From assembly GCA_950097015.1 (NCBI GenBank), contig CATNEN010000034.1, positions 7,254,001 to 7,318,000 of the forward strand: 64,000 nt of DNA, written 5' to 3'. The notes under the pieces are model-generated. The model saw nothing but the letters and a program-made list of their open reading frames with translations. It had not been told where the DNA came from and searched no databases. Shown here piece after piece: positions 1-10,800 of the stretch; the first letter of the stretch is position 1, and the number at the start of each line of letters is the position of its first letter. Both the position numbers and the translations under genes were made by a program. The stretch is from Macrostomum hystrix. Taxonomy: Eukaryota; Animalia; Platyhelminthes.

Positions 1-844
1 CTGCGGCAGCGAAGGGCATTGCCAGCAGGGCGGGCTGACCGGCTGCGGCAGCGGCAGGCAATGGGCCAACCAGCAGTTTATCGGGCTGCTGCACCAGCTG
101 CACGGGATAAATCTGCTGCCAAAGCAGCTGCAGGTGATAATTATGAGCCTCGGCAACGTGACGACTTAATTCGCGACGCAGACGACTGGCGGCCGGACAG
201 CCGAACTTGTTGAACGGACAGAGCAGCAGAGACAGCGGGCAGGCCTTCTCCAGATGGTCCTGGAGGCGCTGCGGACCGGCCAGGACGAGGCCGCAACGAT
301 TCGGACAGGGCAGGGGAAAGGCAGGACAGCCGAATAGCAGGTGAAAATTCAGCTGCCTGTAGGCGGTGCTGTGCTGGCAGAATGGGCAGGCTACGGCGGC
401 TGATGAATCGGCGCACTGGCAGGCGGCTGCGGCGGTGTTGGCGGCCTTCTCAGCATTCGCCTTGTCTGCGGCGGCACTGGCGCCGTCCTGCAGGTGACTA
501 GCCAGGTGGTTAGCCAGGCTGCCGAGCTCGCAGGGCGACCGACACCGAGGGCAATGCACTAGAAGCTGTTGAACCTCGCGATCGGTGGCCAGATCGCTGA
601 ATACTCCGGCGCCCTGAATGGAAGGATTCGATTGGGCGCCTTCGCCAATGGGCGATCGGCACAGAGGGCAGGCCGGCCTATAGGGCCCGGGCCCGCCGCC
701 TGCGGTGGCCGAATAGAAACAGCTGTGACAAAAACGATGCCCGCAACAGGTCTGCAGGGCCGAGCGCAGGTGGCCCAGACAGACGGGACACTTTAGCCGA
801 TCTGGCACCGGCTGGGCAAACTCTAGGTCTTCGTGTTCACACAT
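1..844 (-). CDS. TRAF: TRAF-family RING + TRAF zinc-finger E3 ligase/adaptor (TRAF6/TRAF4-like), 3' end beyond the window
   Basis: Manual translation from ATG at 844 stays open to base 1 (281 codons): MCEHEDLEFAQPVPDRLKCPVCLGHLRSALQTCCGHRFCHSC...CPLC (TRAF-type RING), VFSDLATDREVQQLLVHCP, CPFC...H..GC, CPNRCG...LQDHLEKACP, CPFNKFGCP...RELSRHV (TRAF zinc fingers). The ORF track misses it because it has no stop inside the window. No MATH domain is visible here. Confidence 0.88.
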   Translation of the reverse strand, partial: MCEHEDLEFAQPVPDRLKCPVCLGHLRSALQTCCGHRFCHSCFYSATAGGGPGPYRPACPLCRSPIGEGAQSNPSIQGAGVFSDLATDREVQQLLVHCPRCRSPCELGSLANHLASHLQDGASAAADKANAEKAANTAAAACQCADSSAAVACPFCQHSTAYRQLNFHLLFGCPAFPLPCPNRCGLVLAGPQRLQDHLEKACPLSLLLCPFNKFGCPAASRLRRELSRHVAEAHNYHLQLLWQQIYPVQLVQQPDKLLVGPLPAAAAAGQPALLAMPFAAA

Positions 845-1008
845 TTGCTGACTGCACTAGGCTAGCGTAGTTGCTGAATTCAAGAATCTTTGTAGATCAA
901 GTTCGGATAGGAGATCAGACGGCTCTTTGCGCTGCAATTGGGAATATTAAACAATAGGCAATTTTTTCCAAGGTAAACGTTGTCTGTTGACATGGATATG
1001 GTGTATAC

Positions 1009-1850
1009 CCGCCTCACCCCGCTTACCCCCCTCACTCCGTTTGCCCACCTCACTCCGCTTACCCACCTCACTCCGTTTGCCCACCTCACTCCGTTTGCCC
1101 ACCTCACTCCGCTTACCCACCTCACTCCGTTTGCCCACCTCACTCCGTTTGCCCACCTCACTCCGTTTGCCCACCTCACTCCGTTTGCCCACCTCACTCC
1201 GTTTGCCCACCTCACTCCGTTTGCCCACCTCACTCCGTTTGCCCACCTCACTCCGCTTACCCCCCTCACTCCGCTTACCCACCTCACTCCGTTTGCCCAC
1301 CTCACTCCGTTTGCCCACCTCACTCCGTTTGCCCACCTCACTCCGTTTGCCCACCTCACTCCGTTTGCCCACCTCACTCCGTTTGCCCACCTCACTCCGT
1401 TTGCCCACCTCACCCCGCTTACCCCCCTCACTCCGTTTGCCCACCTCACTCCGTTTGCCCCCCTCACTCCGTTTGCCCACCTCACTCCGTTTGCCCACCT
1501 CACTCCGTTTGCCCACCTCACTCCGTTTGCCCACCTCACTCCGTTTGCCCACCTCACTCCGCTTACCCCCCTCACTCCGTTTGCCCACCTTACTCCGTTT
1601 GCCCACCTCACTCCGCTAACCCCCCTCACTCCGCTTGCACACCTCACTCCGTTTGCCCACCTCACTCCGTTTGCCCACCTCACTCCGCTTACCCCCTCAC
1701 TCCGCTTGCACACCTCACCCCGCTTACCCACCTCACTCCGCTTACCCCCTCACTCCGCTTGCACACCTCACCCCGCTTACCCACCTCACTCCGTTTGCCC
1801 ACCTCACTCCGCTTACCCCCCTCACTCCGTTTGCCCACCTCACCCCGCTT
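1009..1850. repeat. 18-bp minisatellite (CACTCCGTTTGCCCACCT)n, about 45 copies
   Basis: Direct 18-bp periodicity; explains the repetitive ORFs (LTPFAH, GKRSEV, RWANGV). Confidence 0.97.
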
Positions 1851-2419
1851 AAACACCTTACAGAGGTGAATTTAGTTCTTCGGTTTGACGAGAATTAGTC
1901 AATATTATATCATGATTTTCCGGGCGAATTAAGGTAGGAAAAAGCGAAAAACCTGAAAAATCGTTAACAAAAATAAACAAATAGTTTTCTTTGCTAACTG
2001 TTAGTATTTAAAAAGCACATTGCTAACGACAATGCTAGACTTAATGACTGCATTCTGGAAGCCTCTATGCGAGAGAATAAAAAGGGAAACTAGAGGCTTA
2101 AAGAATCCAGCCACACAAATTCTTTTGTTAGGCAAAGGTGGCAGCAAATTGAAAAATCTGCAAAAATCTGCTAATAATCAGCAACTATTATACTCTGACT
2201 TAAGCATATAATCGATATGCTTTGAAAATTTTGAGGTAAAATAGCATTTCGAAAATAAGCTCCACATATGTGCATGTCGAAAAAAACGTGTGACGCATGT
2301 ATAAACTATCTACGAGTATGTAGCATTGAGTTGGGATATTAAAAAGAATCAGCATATGCGCTTTTCATTTTGCTAAATCTGGACTCTACTCAACTTGAGG
2401 ATATCTCCTCAATATCTCA

Positions 2420-4481
2420 ACTTGAGCATACCTGCAGGGAGGATGGGAGACTCAAGTGGAGCATACCTACTGGGAGGATGGTAGACTCAACTTGAGCATA
2501 CCTACTGGGAGGATGGTAGACTCAACTTGAGCATACCTACTGGGAGGATGGGAGACTCAACTGGAGCATACCTACTGGGAGGATGGGAGAATCAACTGGA
2601 GCATACCTACTGGGAGGATGGTAGACTCAACTGGAGCATACCTACTGGGACGATGGGAGACTCAACTGGAGCATACCTACTGGGAGGATGGGAGACTCAA
2701 CTGGAGCATACCTACTGGGAGGATGGGAGACTCAACTGGAGCATACCTACTGGGAGGATGGGAGACTCAACTGGAGCATACCTACTGGGACGATGGTAGA
2801 CTCAACTTGAGCATACCTGCAGAGAGGATGGGAGACTCAACTTGAGCATACCTACTGGGAGGATGGGAGACTCAACTGGAGCATACCTACTGGGAGGATG
2901 AGAGACTCAACTGGAGCATACCTACTGGGAGGATGGTAGACTCAACTGGAGCATACCTACTGGGACGATGGGAGACTCAACTGGAGCATACCTACTGGGA
3001 GGATGGGAGAATCAACTGGAGCATACCTACTGGGAGGATGGGAGACTCAACTTGAGCATATCTACTGGGAGGATGGGAGACTCTCAACTTGAGCATACCT
3101 ACTGGGAGGATGGGAGACTCAACTGGAGCATACCTACTGGGACGATGGTAGACTCAACTTGAGCATACCTGCAGAGAGGATGGGAGACTCAACTTGAGCA
3201 TACCTACTGGGAGGATGGTAGACTCAACTGGAGCATACCTACTGGGACGATGGGAGACTCAACTGGAGCATACCTACTGGGAGGATGGGAGACTCAACTG
3301 GAGCATACCTACTGGGAGGATGGGAGACTCAACTGGAGCATACCTACTGGGACGATGGTAGACTCAACTTGAGCATACCTGCAGGGAGGATGGGAGACTC
3401 AACTGGAGCATACCTACTGGGAGGATGGGAGACTCAACTGGAGCATACCTACTGGGAGGATGGGAGACTCAACTGGAGCATACCTACTGGGAGGATGGGA
3501 GACTCAACTGGAGCATACCTACTGGGACGATGGTAGACTCAACTTGAGCATACCTGCAGAGAGGATGGGAGACTCAACTTGAGCATACCTACTGGGAGGA
3601 TGGTAGACTCAACTGGAGCATACCTACTGGGACGATGGTAGACTCAACTTGAGCATACCTGCAGAGAGGATGGGAGACTCAACTTGAGCATACCTACTGG
3701 GAGGATGGGAGACTCAACTTGAGCATACCTACTGGGACGATGGGAGACTCAACTGGAGCATACCTGCAGGGAGGATGGGAGACTCAACTGGAGCATACCT
3801 ACTGGGAGGATGGGAGACTCAACTGGAGCATACCTACTGGGACGATGGGAGACTCAACTGGAGCATACCTGCAGGGAGGATGGGAGACTCAACTGGAGCA
3901 TACCTACTGGGAGGATGGGAGACTCAACTGGAGCATACCTACTGGGACGATGGGAGACTCAACTGGAGCATACCTACTGGGACGATGGGAGACTCAACTG
4001 GAGCATACCTGCAGGGAGGATGGGAGACTCAACTGGAGCATACCTACTGGGAGGATGGGAGACTCAACTGGAGCATACCTACTGGGACGATGGGAGACTC
4101 AACTGGAGCATACCTGCAGGGAGGATGGGAGACTCAACTGGAGCATACCTACTGGGAGGATGGGAGACTCAACTGGAGCATACCTACTGGGAGGATGGGA
4201 GACTCAACTGGAGCATACCTACTGGGAGGATGGGAGACTCAACTGGAGCATACCTACTGGGACGATGGTAGACTCAACTTGAGCATACCTGCAGAGAGGA
4301 TGGGAGACTCAACTTGAGCATACCTACTGGGAGGATGGTAGACTCAACTGGAGCATACCTACTGGGACGATGGGAGACTCAACTGGAGCATACCTGCAGG
4401 GAGGATGGGAGACTCAACTGGAGCATACCTACTGGGAGGATGGGAGACTCAACTTGAGCATACCTACTGGGAGGATGGTAG
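2420..4481. repeat. 35-bp minisatellite (GACTCAACTGGAGCATACCTACTGGGAGGATGGGA)n, about 59 copies
   Basis: Highly homogeneous 35-bp period with a few recurrent variants (ctgcag/ctactg, ggga/ggta, aactg/aactt). Confidence 0.97.
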
Positions 4482-5149
4482 ACCCAACCCAAGTAAGGTG
4501 AGTTATTGATAAATAAATGTATATCCAAACTCAATGCCAATGCCTATAATTACACTGGCTTCATCACAACTAGCTCATAGATTAGCAATTGCTACAATAA
4601 TCTACAGAGGATTAGTAATAACTTCTTTAGGACACAATGACGATAAAATGACATCGAGCTGCGACGGTCAAACAAAAAAACGTAGCAAACTCACGAGATA
4701 GTTAAACAGTTCAGCTGTTCAAACTCATGAAAGACACGGTCAGCCAATGAAGACAACAAACAAGACAACAAGACAACAAAAAATGTTGACTGGCTTCTAA
4801 ATGAGAAGATCTTGCGATTGAAAAACCAAAACTTAAGGTAGAATAACAAAAATAGTATATAAATAGACAGAGCTACACAACAGTGAACGTTAGCAAGGTA
4901 AAATTATATTATCGCATTAAATACACAGTTAGCTAGTAAAAAACCGGATTGTCTCCAACTGTAGGCATTGGTGCTAGTGAAAGTAGGAAAAACACGAGTA
5001 CAATAAGCAAAGATATAAAATTCAATAAAAATGCCGACAAATAGAAACCAATCATACTGATCGCTACTCGCTACTTCATAAACGAAATGTGTTAGTAATA
5101 ACGTGTGAATATAAAAACTGAAAAACAACAAAACGATTGCGACTTTCAA

Positions 5150-5370
5150 ATTGCAGCCCAATGATTAAAGCTCGGACTTCTAATCAAGAGGTCGGGAGTT
5201 CGATTCTCAGCCTATGGAAAATTTTGTGGCCTTGAGCAAGACACTTTATTACCCATTGCTTCAGCCTACCTAGTTGAGAAACGGGTGCCGGAAAAGCTGA
5301 GATAGCTTACCAGCTTACCAGGGTTGGAGTAATTAGATAAGCCGATATGTATCGAAATAGTTATAATTGC
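5150..5370 (+). mobile_element. tRNA-head SINE with a CORE-like central domain
   Basis: Pol III B-box-like GGAGTTCGATTC followed by GTGGCCTTGAGCAAGACACTTTATTACCCATTGCTTCAG, resembling the CORE/MIR motif GTGACCTTGGGCAAGTCACTTAACC. It lies antisense just 3' of the RNF217 stop. Confidence 0.65.
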
Positions 5371-5384
5371 ACTCAGGCACACAG

Positions 5385-7029
5385 CTAGGCAAAGAGCCAT
5401 TCAGGCACAATAACATGTTCAACACAATTGTCACTGTCGTGCAGTAGCACAGCCGTGGTGACGCAATAGCTCCTAATGACATTGTCGGGCAGACCCACTT
5501 CAATTGTCCGCTCCGCTATTGTTTGATGAGAATCAATTGAATTGCCCGAAGTTGCTGCCGCAGCCACCGACGCTGACGCGGCCGCTCGAACGCAGAAGGC
5601 TTCGCGTGACAGTTGCGCCTTACGTCGCAGGGCCCGACGTAGGCGACGCCTACGAAGGGCGGTGAAAGCGGCGTAGGCGGCCAGAACGCCGGAGCCAACG
5701 AGGGCCGTTCCGAGGCCGAGGACTAGCAGGGCCGGCGCGGCGACGAGTTGGACTGCCAGCACGCAGCCGCGGACCAGGCGTCGAAGGTGCGGCCTGTCGG
5801 GCAGCAGGTTGTATCGACAGCCCATGACAGACATGCGCGATTTATGCGAGCCCAGCAGGGGGCAGCGGGCGTAGCGCTTGCCGCACATGTAGCAGAATCT
5901 GGTGCCGCACTGTGAGCACGTCATTGAGTCGCAGCCCTGGCTCTTCTGAATGTAGGCGCCGCAGCCGGGGCACTGTCGGGCATTGCGTTGGGTGCCCTGG
6001 GCGGCGTCACAGCGGCGCGACCAGGCTAGAAGTTCTTGATCGCTGGCACGAAATTGGCGACAGGTGACGCCACGGTGCATCGGCGCGTGACAGGGGAAGC
6101 ACCAGACTAGGCCGCAGGAGGCGCACTCCACCTTGGAGAAACGGACGAGTTGGAGCGACAACAGGTGAGACTTGATAGTGGGATGAGACTAGACAGTGGG
6201 ATGAGACTAGACAGTGGGATGAGACTAGACAGTGGGATGGCACTAGACAGTGGGATGAGACTAGACAGTGGGATGAGACTAGACAGTGGGATGAGACTAG
6301 ACAGTAGGATGAGACTAGACAGTAGGATGAGACTAGACAGTGGGATGAGACTGGACAGGGGATGAGACTAGACATGGAGATGAGACTAGACATGGAGATG
6401 AGTCAGAGACATACCTGCAGAGGCCTACGCCAGGCTTTAACGGACAGCTCAGTGTGACAACCGCATCCAGGGCAGGTCTTGCGCAGCGGCCCATTAATTC
6501 GCGAGTTGTCTAGAAAGCGCTGATAACGCCAGCGCTCCTCGTAGGGCAGTCGGCACATGACCTCGGCCTGGGGCATGACCTTGTCGCAGAGCAGATTCGG
6601 ACAGCCGACAGTGGTCTGGGCCTGTCGCATTGTCTCCAGTGCATAGGCTGTTAGGCATCTGGCGCAATAGATCTTGGCGCAGCACGGCCTGGCGAAGGTG
6701 CTGACGCAGGCTAGGCAGATATCGCACACCAGGCCAATGCACAGCTCACCAAGCGGCACGATGGCATTGTGAGCGTCTGTCTTAAAGTCTTCATTGTTCT
6801 CAGTGTTGACCAGGTGGGCGGCGATGGCCCGGTAGGGGGCCGGGTAGTCGCCCAGGTTAGCAGGGCTGGGCGGACCGCAGCGGACGCCGCGGAGGCTGCG
6901 CAACGACTTGGCTAGCCAGCGTTGAAGACTCTGACGCGGCACTGAGGCTAATTCGTGCGGATCCAGGTCGTCTAGGGGCTCCGACTGGGCTGCAGCCGCC
7001 ACCGCCGCCGCCGTCACCAGCTCGACCGA
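5385..7029 (-). CDS. RNF217: RBR (RING1-IBR-RING2) E3 ubiquitin ligase with C-terminal TM segment, RNF217-like; exons 7029-6415 and 6131-5385
   Basis: RING1 CDICL...CCAKIYCARC...CPNLLC; IBR KTCPGC...|VECASCGLVWCFPCHAPMH; RING2 CPGC..YIQKSQGCDSMTCSQCGTRFCYMCG; GCRYNLLPDRPHLRRLVRG followed by a hydrophobic helix matches the RNF217 signature. The phase-0 GT-AG intron 6414-6132 joins LQ|VEC in frame. About 454 aa. There is no ATG at the start of the exon. Confidence 0.9.
6175..6400. repeat. 18-bp minisatellite (GATGAGACTAGACAGTGG)n filling most of the RNF217 intron
   Basis: Direct periodicity; gives the MRLDSG/SSHCLV repeat ORFs. Confidence 0.92.
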
Positions 7030-7142
7030 CTGAAGAGAATGAAGCGAAACCAATTAGGTAGATTATACGAGTCATTTACTTGTAATGGATTACTGGGGTC
7101 TGTGCTGAGAAAATTATTTATAAGCCTAGCAGGGAGAGAGAA

Positions 7143-7186
7143 AGACAGACAGACAGATAGACAGAAAGGCAGACAGACAGACAGCC

Positions 7187-7227
<41 letters not shown>

Positions 7228-7326
7228 GGCAGACAGAAAGACGGGCAGACAGCCAGACAGAAAGACAGACGGACAGGCGAGACAGACAGACAGGCAAGGC
7301 AGACAGACAGGCAAGACAGACAGACA

Positions 7327-7375
<49 letters not shown>

Positions 7376-7405
7376 GGCAGACAGACAGACAGACAGGCAG
7401 ACAGA
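7143..7405. repeat. (GACA)n microsatellite between the TPR 3' end and the RNF217 acceptor
   Basis: Imperfect tetranucleotide repeat. Confidence 0.95.
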
Positions 7406-7528
7406 CAGGTCAAGAACTTCTAGCCTAGTTTGGCTAGCTAGACTAGTGTAAGCACTGAAATGGAGGAAACTTAAAAGGCAGACTGGTACAATGAGATTCA
7501 ATTCCGAAGATGACAATTTCGATTGCCA

Positions 7529-7534
7529 TTTATT
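7529..7534 (-). promoter_or_regulatory. Candidate TPR polyadenylation signal (AATAAA)
   Basis: TTTATT on the plus strand, about 300 bp downstream of the TPR stop codon. Confidence 0.4.
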
Positions 7535-7829
7535 AAAAAATAGCATTATGCCTCTTTACACATTCAATGAGTCAGAATTTCGCGAATTTTCCCAACCAGT
7601 ATTAAGTGAATCAATTGCACACAGAATTTCACTAGCCTACAATGCACTGCTACATATGGCTACCCGAAATCAGTATATATAAATAATAAAATAAAAGCCT
7701 ATTCAGCAAATTAAAGATCATGTCAGTTTAAAACACAAACAGGGAGAAATTTCAGGCAGGGAAGTGAAACAAATGCGTTGGGATATTGTTTTAATGTGTT
7801 AACAAATAACAAAATTGGAGTATTAAGGT

Positions 7830-10800
7830 TCAGGGCGACTCGTTTCTTTGTATGGTGAATTTGGTGCCAGAACTGGCGGGCCTGGTGCCTAGCTGCTGCT
7901 GCTGCTGCTGCTGCCGAGACGCCTGGCCCCAGAGCGCACCTCGCCTGACGGAGGACGAAGGCCCAACGTCGCCACCCTGTTGCTCGCCGGTACTTGCAGA
8001 AGAGGAAGTTGACGAGGGAAAAGTGGCAGGTCGCAGGATGCTCGATCGCGGACCGGACTGCTGCTGCTGCTGCTGCTGAGTTGAGGACGCCGCGCCGAAC
8101 AGACTGGCGCCGCTGCTTGGCCCGGCAACAGAGCCAAATAAGCCAGAGGGTGCGGACACAGCCTGCCGGAAACTGAAAGGAGCTCCAGCCGAAGTGGCCG
8201 CGCTGGCAAATGTCGACGACTGTTTCGAAGTGGCGGCATCTTCGCCTAGCTCGGCTTCGTCCTGCTGACCGGCGTCCATCTCCTCCTCTTCTTCGGCGTC
8301 TTCATCTTCAATCTGCTCTTCATCTTCTTCTCCAGCTTCGTCTTCGCCGCTCTCACCTTCGGCCTCCTGATCTTCCTCATCGTCGTCATCTGCCTCGTCC
8401 TGGCCGTCGTCGCCTTCGTCTTCCATTGGGGCGTCAGCAACGGCAGCCGGAGCCGCAGACTCGGCCTCCTCAGTGGCCTCCTCATCCTCGGAATCGCTGC
8501 TCAGAGTTATAGTTTCGCCAGGCGCAATGGGAGGCGGCGCCGATGATCTCATCGACGTTGGCGCCAGACGATGAAACTGGGCGAAATGAGCGCCGCCACG
8601 ATGAGCGCTGAAGCCGGCGGCCGAAGCCGAGTAGGTGGCTCCACCTTCGTCGTAGTCTTCTTCTTCCTCGTCACCCTCATCGTCTTCCTCCTCGTCGTCG
8701 TCTTCGCATTCGTCCTCTTCCTCCTGAGAGATGCCCTCAGCTTCTGTTTCACCTTCGCATTCGGCGGCCTCTTCTTCGTCGCCTTCCTCCCCCTCTTCCT
8801 CCTGGTCGGCCGCTGACGCCTCCTCAAGGGCGTGCTCCTCCACACTCATCGGCTGCAGACGCGCTCGTTTCGGTTGGGATGCCACGGTGTCCTGGAAGCC
8901 ATACGAACCCTGACTGGCCTCGCCGCCGCCTCCGCCACTGCCAGCACCTTCGTCATCGTCGGCTGCGGAAGCCGATGCAGACGCGGACGCATCGCGACGC
9001 CGTTCCAAGGCGACAAAAGCTGCGGCGATATCGGCGGCGGCGGATGAGGAAGTGGCCGCGACGGCAGTTGATTCGGATTCTTCAAGCAGCTGGCGCGAAC
9101 GCTTTAAGCCGCTGGTGGCGCCGCCAATCGAAGCCGCCGCAGCTGAAGTGGTCGATGATGCGGACGGCATGGCGGAGACCTCAGCCGGTGGCATAGGTGT
9201 CACCAGTGCCTGTGGCGGCTGCAGCTGATGCAGCAGGGTTGGAGCTGTCTCGTCAACTGTCGTTACAGACGACGAGGACGATGGAAGGGTCGGCGGCGGT
9301 GGCGGAGGCGATCGGGACGGAATCGGCTGCTGCGGCGAATGAGCCTGCTGGCTAGACACCGAAGTTGCTTCGTGCTGCGGCGTCGGATGCACAGCGACAA
9401 TCACCGGCTGCGGCAGTGGCAGCGAAGGCCTCAACAGCGGAGTAATTTCAGCTGTCTGTTTAGCCTCTCTGGCTGCGACCGGATGCTGGGGCGTCGGCTT
9501 CACCGTCATCGTGTGCTTCAGCGCTTCAATGTCCGGACTGCTCTTCATCACAGTGGACGGCGCCGACTGTTGCGATGAAGTCTGAGGCTGCTGCTGCTGC
9601 GACTGAAGCTGCTGAACAGGGGGCTGCGAACGGGGGCGCTGTTGATGCTCTAACTGAGCCTCGAGCTCGCCTAGTTTAGCACGAAGACTAGCATTATCAG
9701 TGCTTAGCATTCTGTTGTGCCGCTCAATTACTCCGATGCGCATCCGAGCCTCGGACACTTCATCATTGAGGCGGCTTTTCTCCGACTGTAGCTGTTCTGC
9801 TCGACGAGCCGCGGCTTCAGCTTCCTGCTGCTGCTGCTGTGACGGCAACTGCTGCTGTTGCTGCTGCTGCGCTCGCAGTTCCTGCGTCTCTTGTTTGTAC
9901 TTGCGTGCAACATCCTGAATCTTTTTAAAGCGTTCCTTTAACTCTTCGTGTGTGCGCAGCACTCGTTCGCGTTCAACAGATGCTTCGCTAGCCTCACGTC
10001 TGGCTGCGGTAGCGGAGGTCTCAGTGGCACGCTGCGTCTCCTCCAGATCGGAGATTCTACTGGCTGCATCTGCCAGCCGCTGAGCCAGTCTCTGTCTGTC
10101 AGCAGAAGACTCCTCAAGTTCCCTGCGCAGACGGTCCCGCTCCGCTGTGGCCTGACGTAGAGCCTCGGGATCGGCCAGCTGCTGCTGCTGCTGCTGGTGC
10201 ACGCGCTCCTGACGCTCGGCTCGTTGAACCAGTTCAGCTGAGCGCTGTCGCCATCGCGCGCACTCATCTCTAGCCAGGCTGAGATCAGATTCAAACCTGC
10301 GACGCTCCTCGCGCAGTCCGTTTAATTCTGAGCGAAGCGGCTCCAGTCGATTGTTGGCAGCAGCAGCAGCTGATTCGAGTTCGGCTAGGCGAGAGCGCAA
10401 CTCGGTCTGCTCGCGTCTGAGCAGCCGGTTGCTTTCGGTAACTAAGCTCAACTGTTCGACTCGCTCCAGTAGACCGGCGTGGGCGGCGTCCGTAGCAACC
10501 GTCGCACGCTGCTTCTCCTGCTCAGCTTGAAGCTCGGATTTGGCTCGATCAGCCGCCGCCTTTGGCGTCCTCGGCTAGTCGGCGCAGCCGAGCGGTCTCC
10601 TCGCGCAGCTGAGCAGCCTGACTCTCGGCCAGGTCGCGTTCACGTCGCAAATAGCGCAACAGTTGGAGCATCTGCTCAGCTGATTTGGCCGCCTCCGGCG
10701 TCGGCAAATTGGATGACGATTCGTTGGCGACGTCCGCTGGAGCATCGGTTTCTTCAGCAGATACAGGCCGACGCATCGCCAGCATCTGGGTGACGGTCAG

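Noticed and set aside
880-4317. Long repetitive ORFs in the 18-bp and 35-bp arrays
   Set aside because: They are open in several frames and on both strands because the units lack stops in those frames; the peptides simply repeat the unit.
2420-4481. CRISPR-like array
   Set aside because: The 35-bp units are head-to-tail with no unique spacers, the context is eukaryotic and there are no cas genes.
4904-5161. Hydrophobic 85-aa ORF
   Set aside because: AT-rich composition explains the F/L/I bias; it overlaps the SINE head and has no recognisable motif or splice support.
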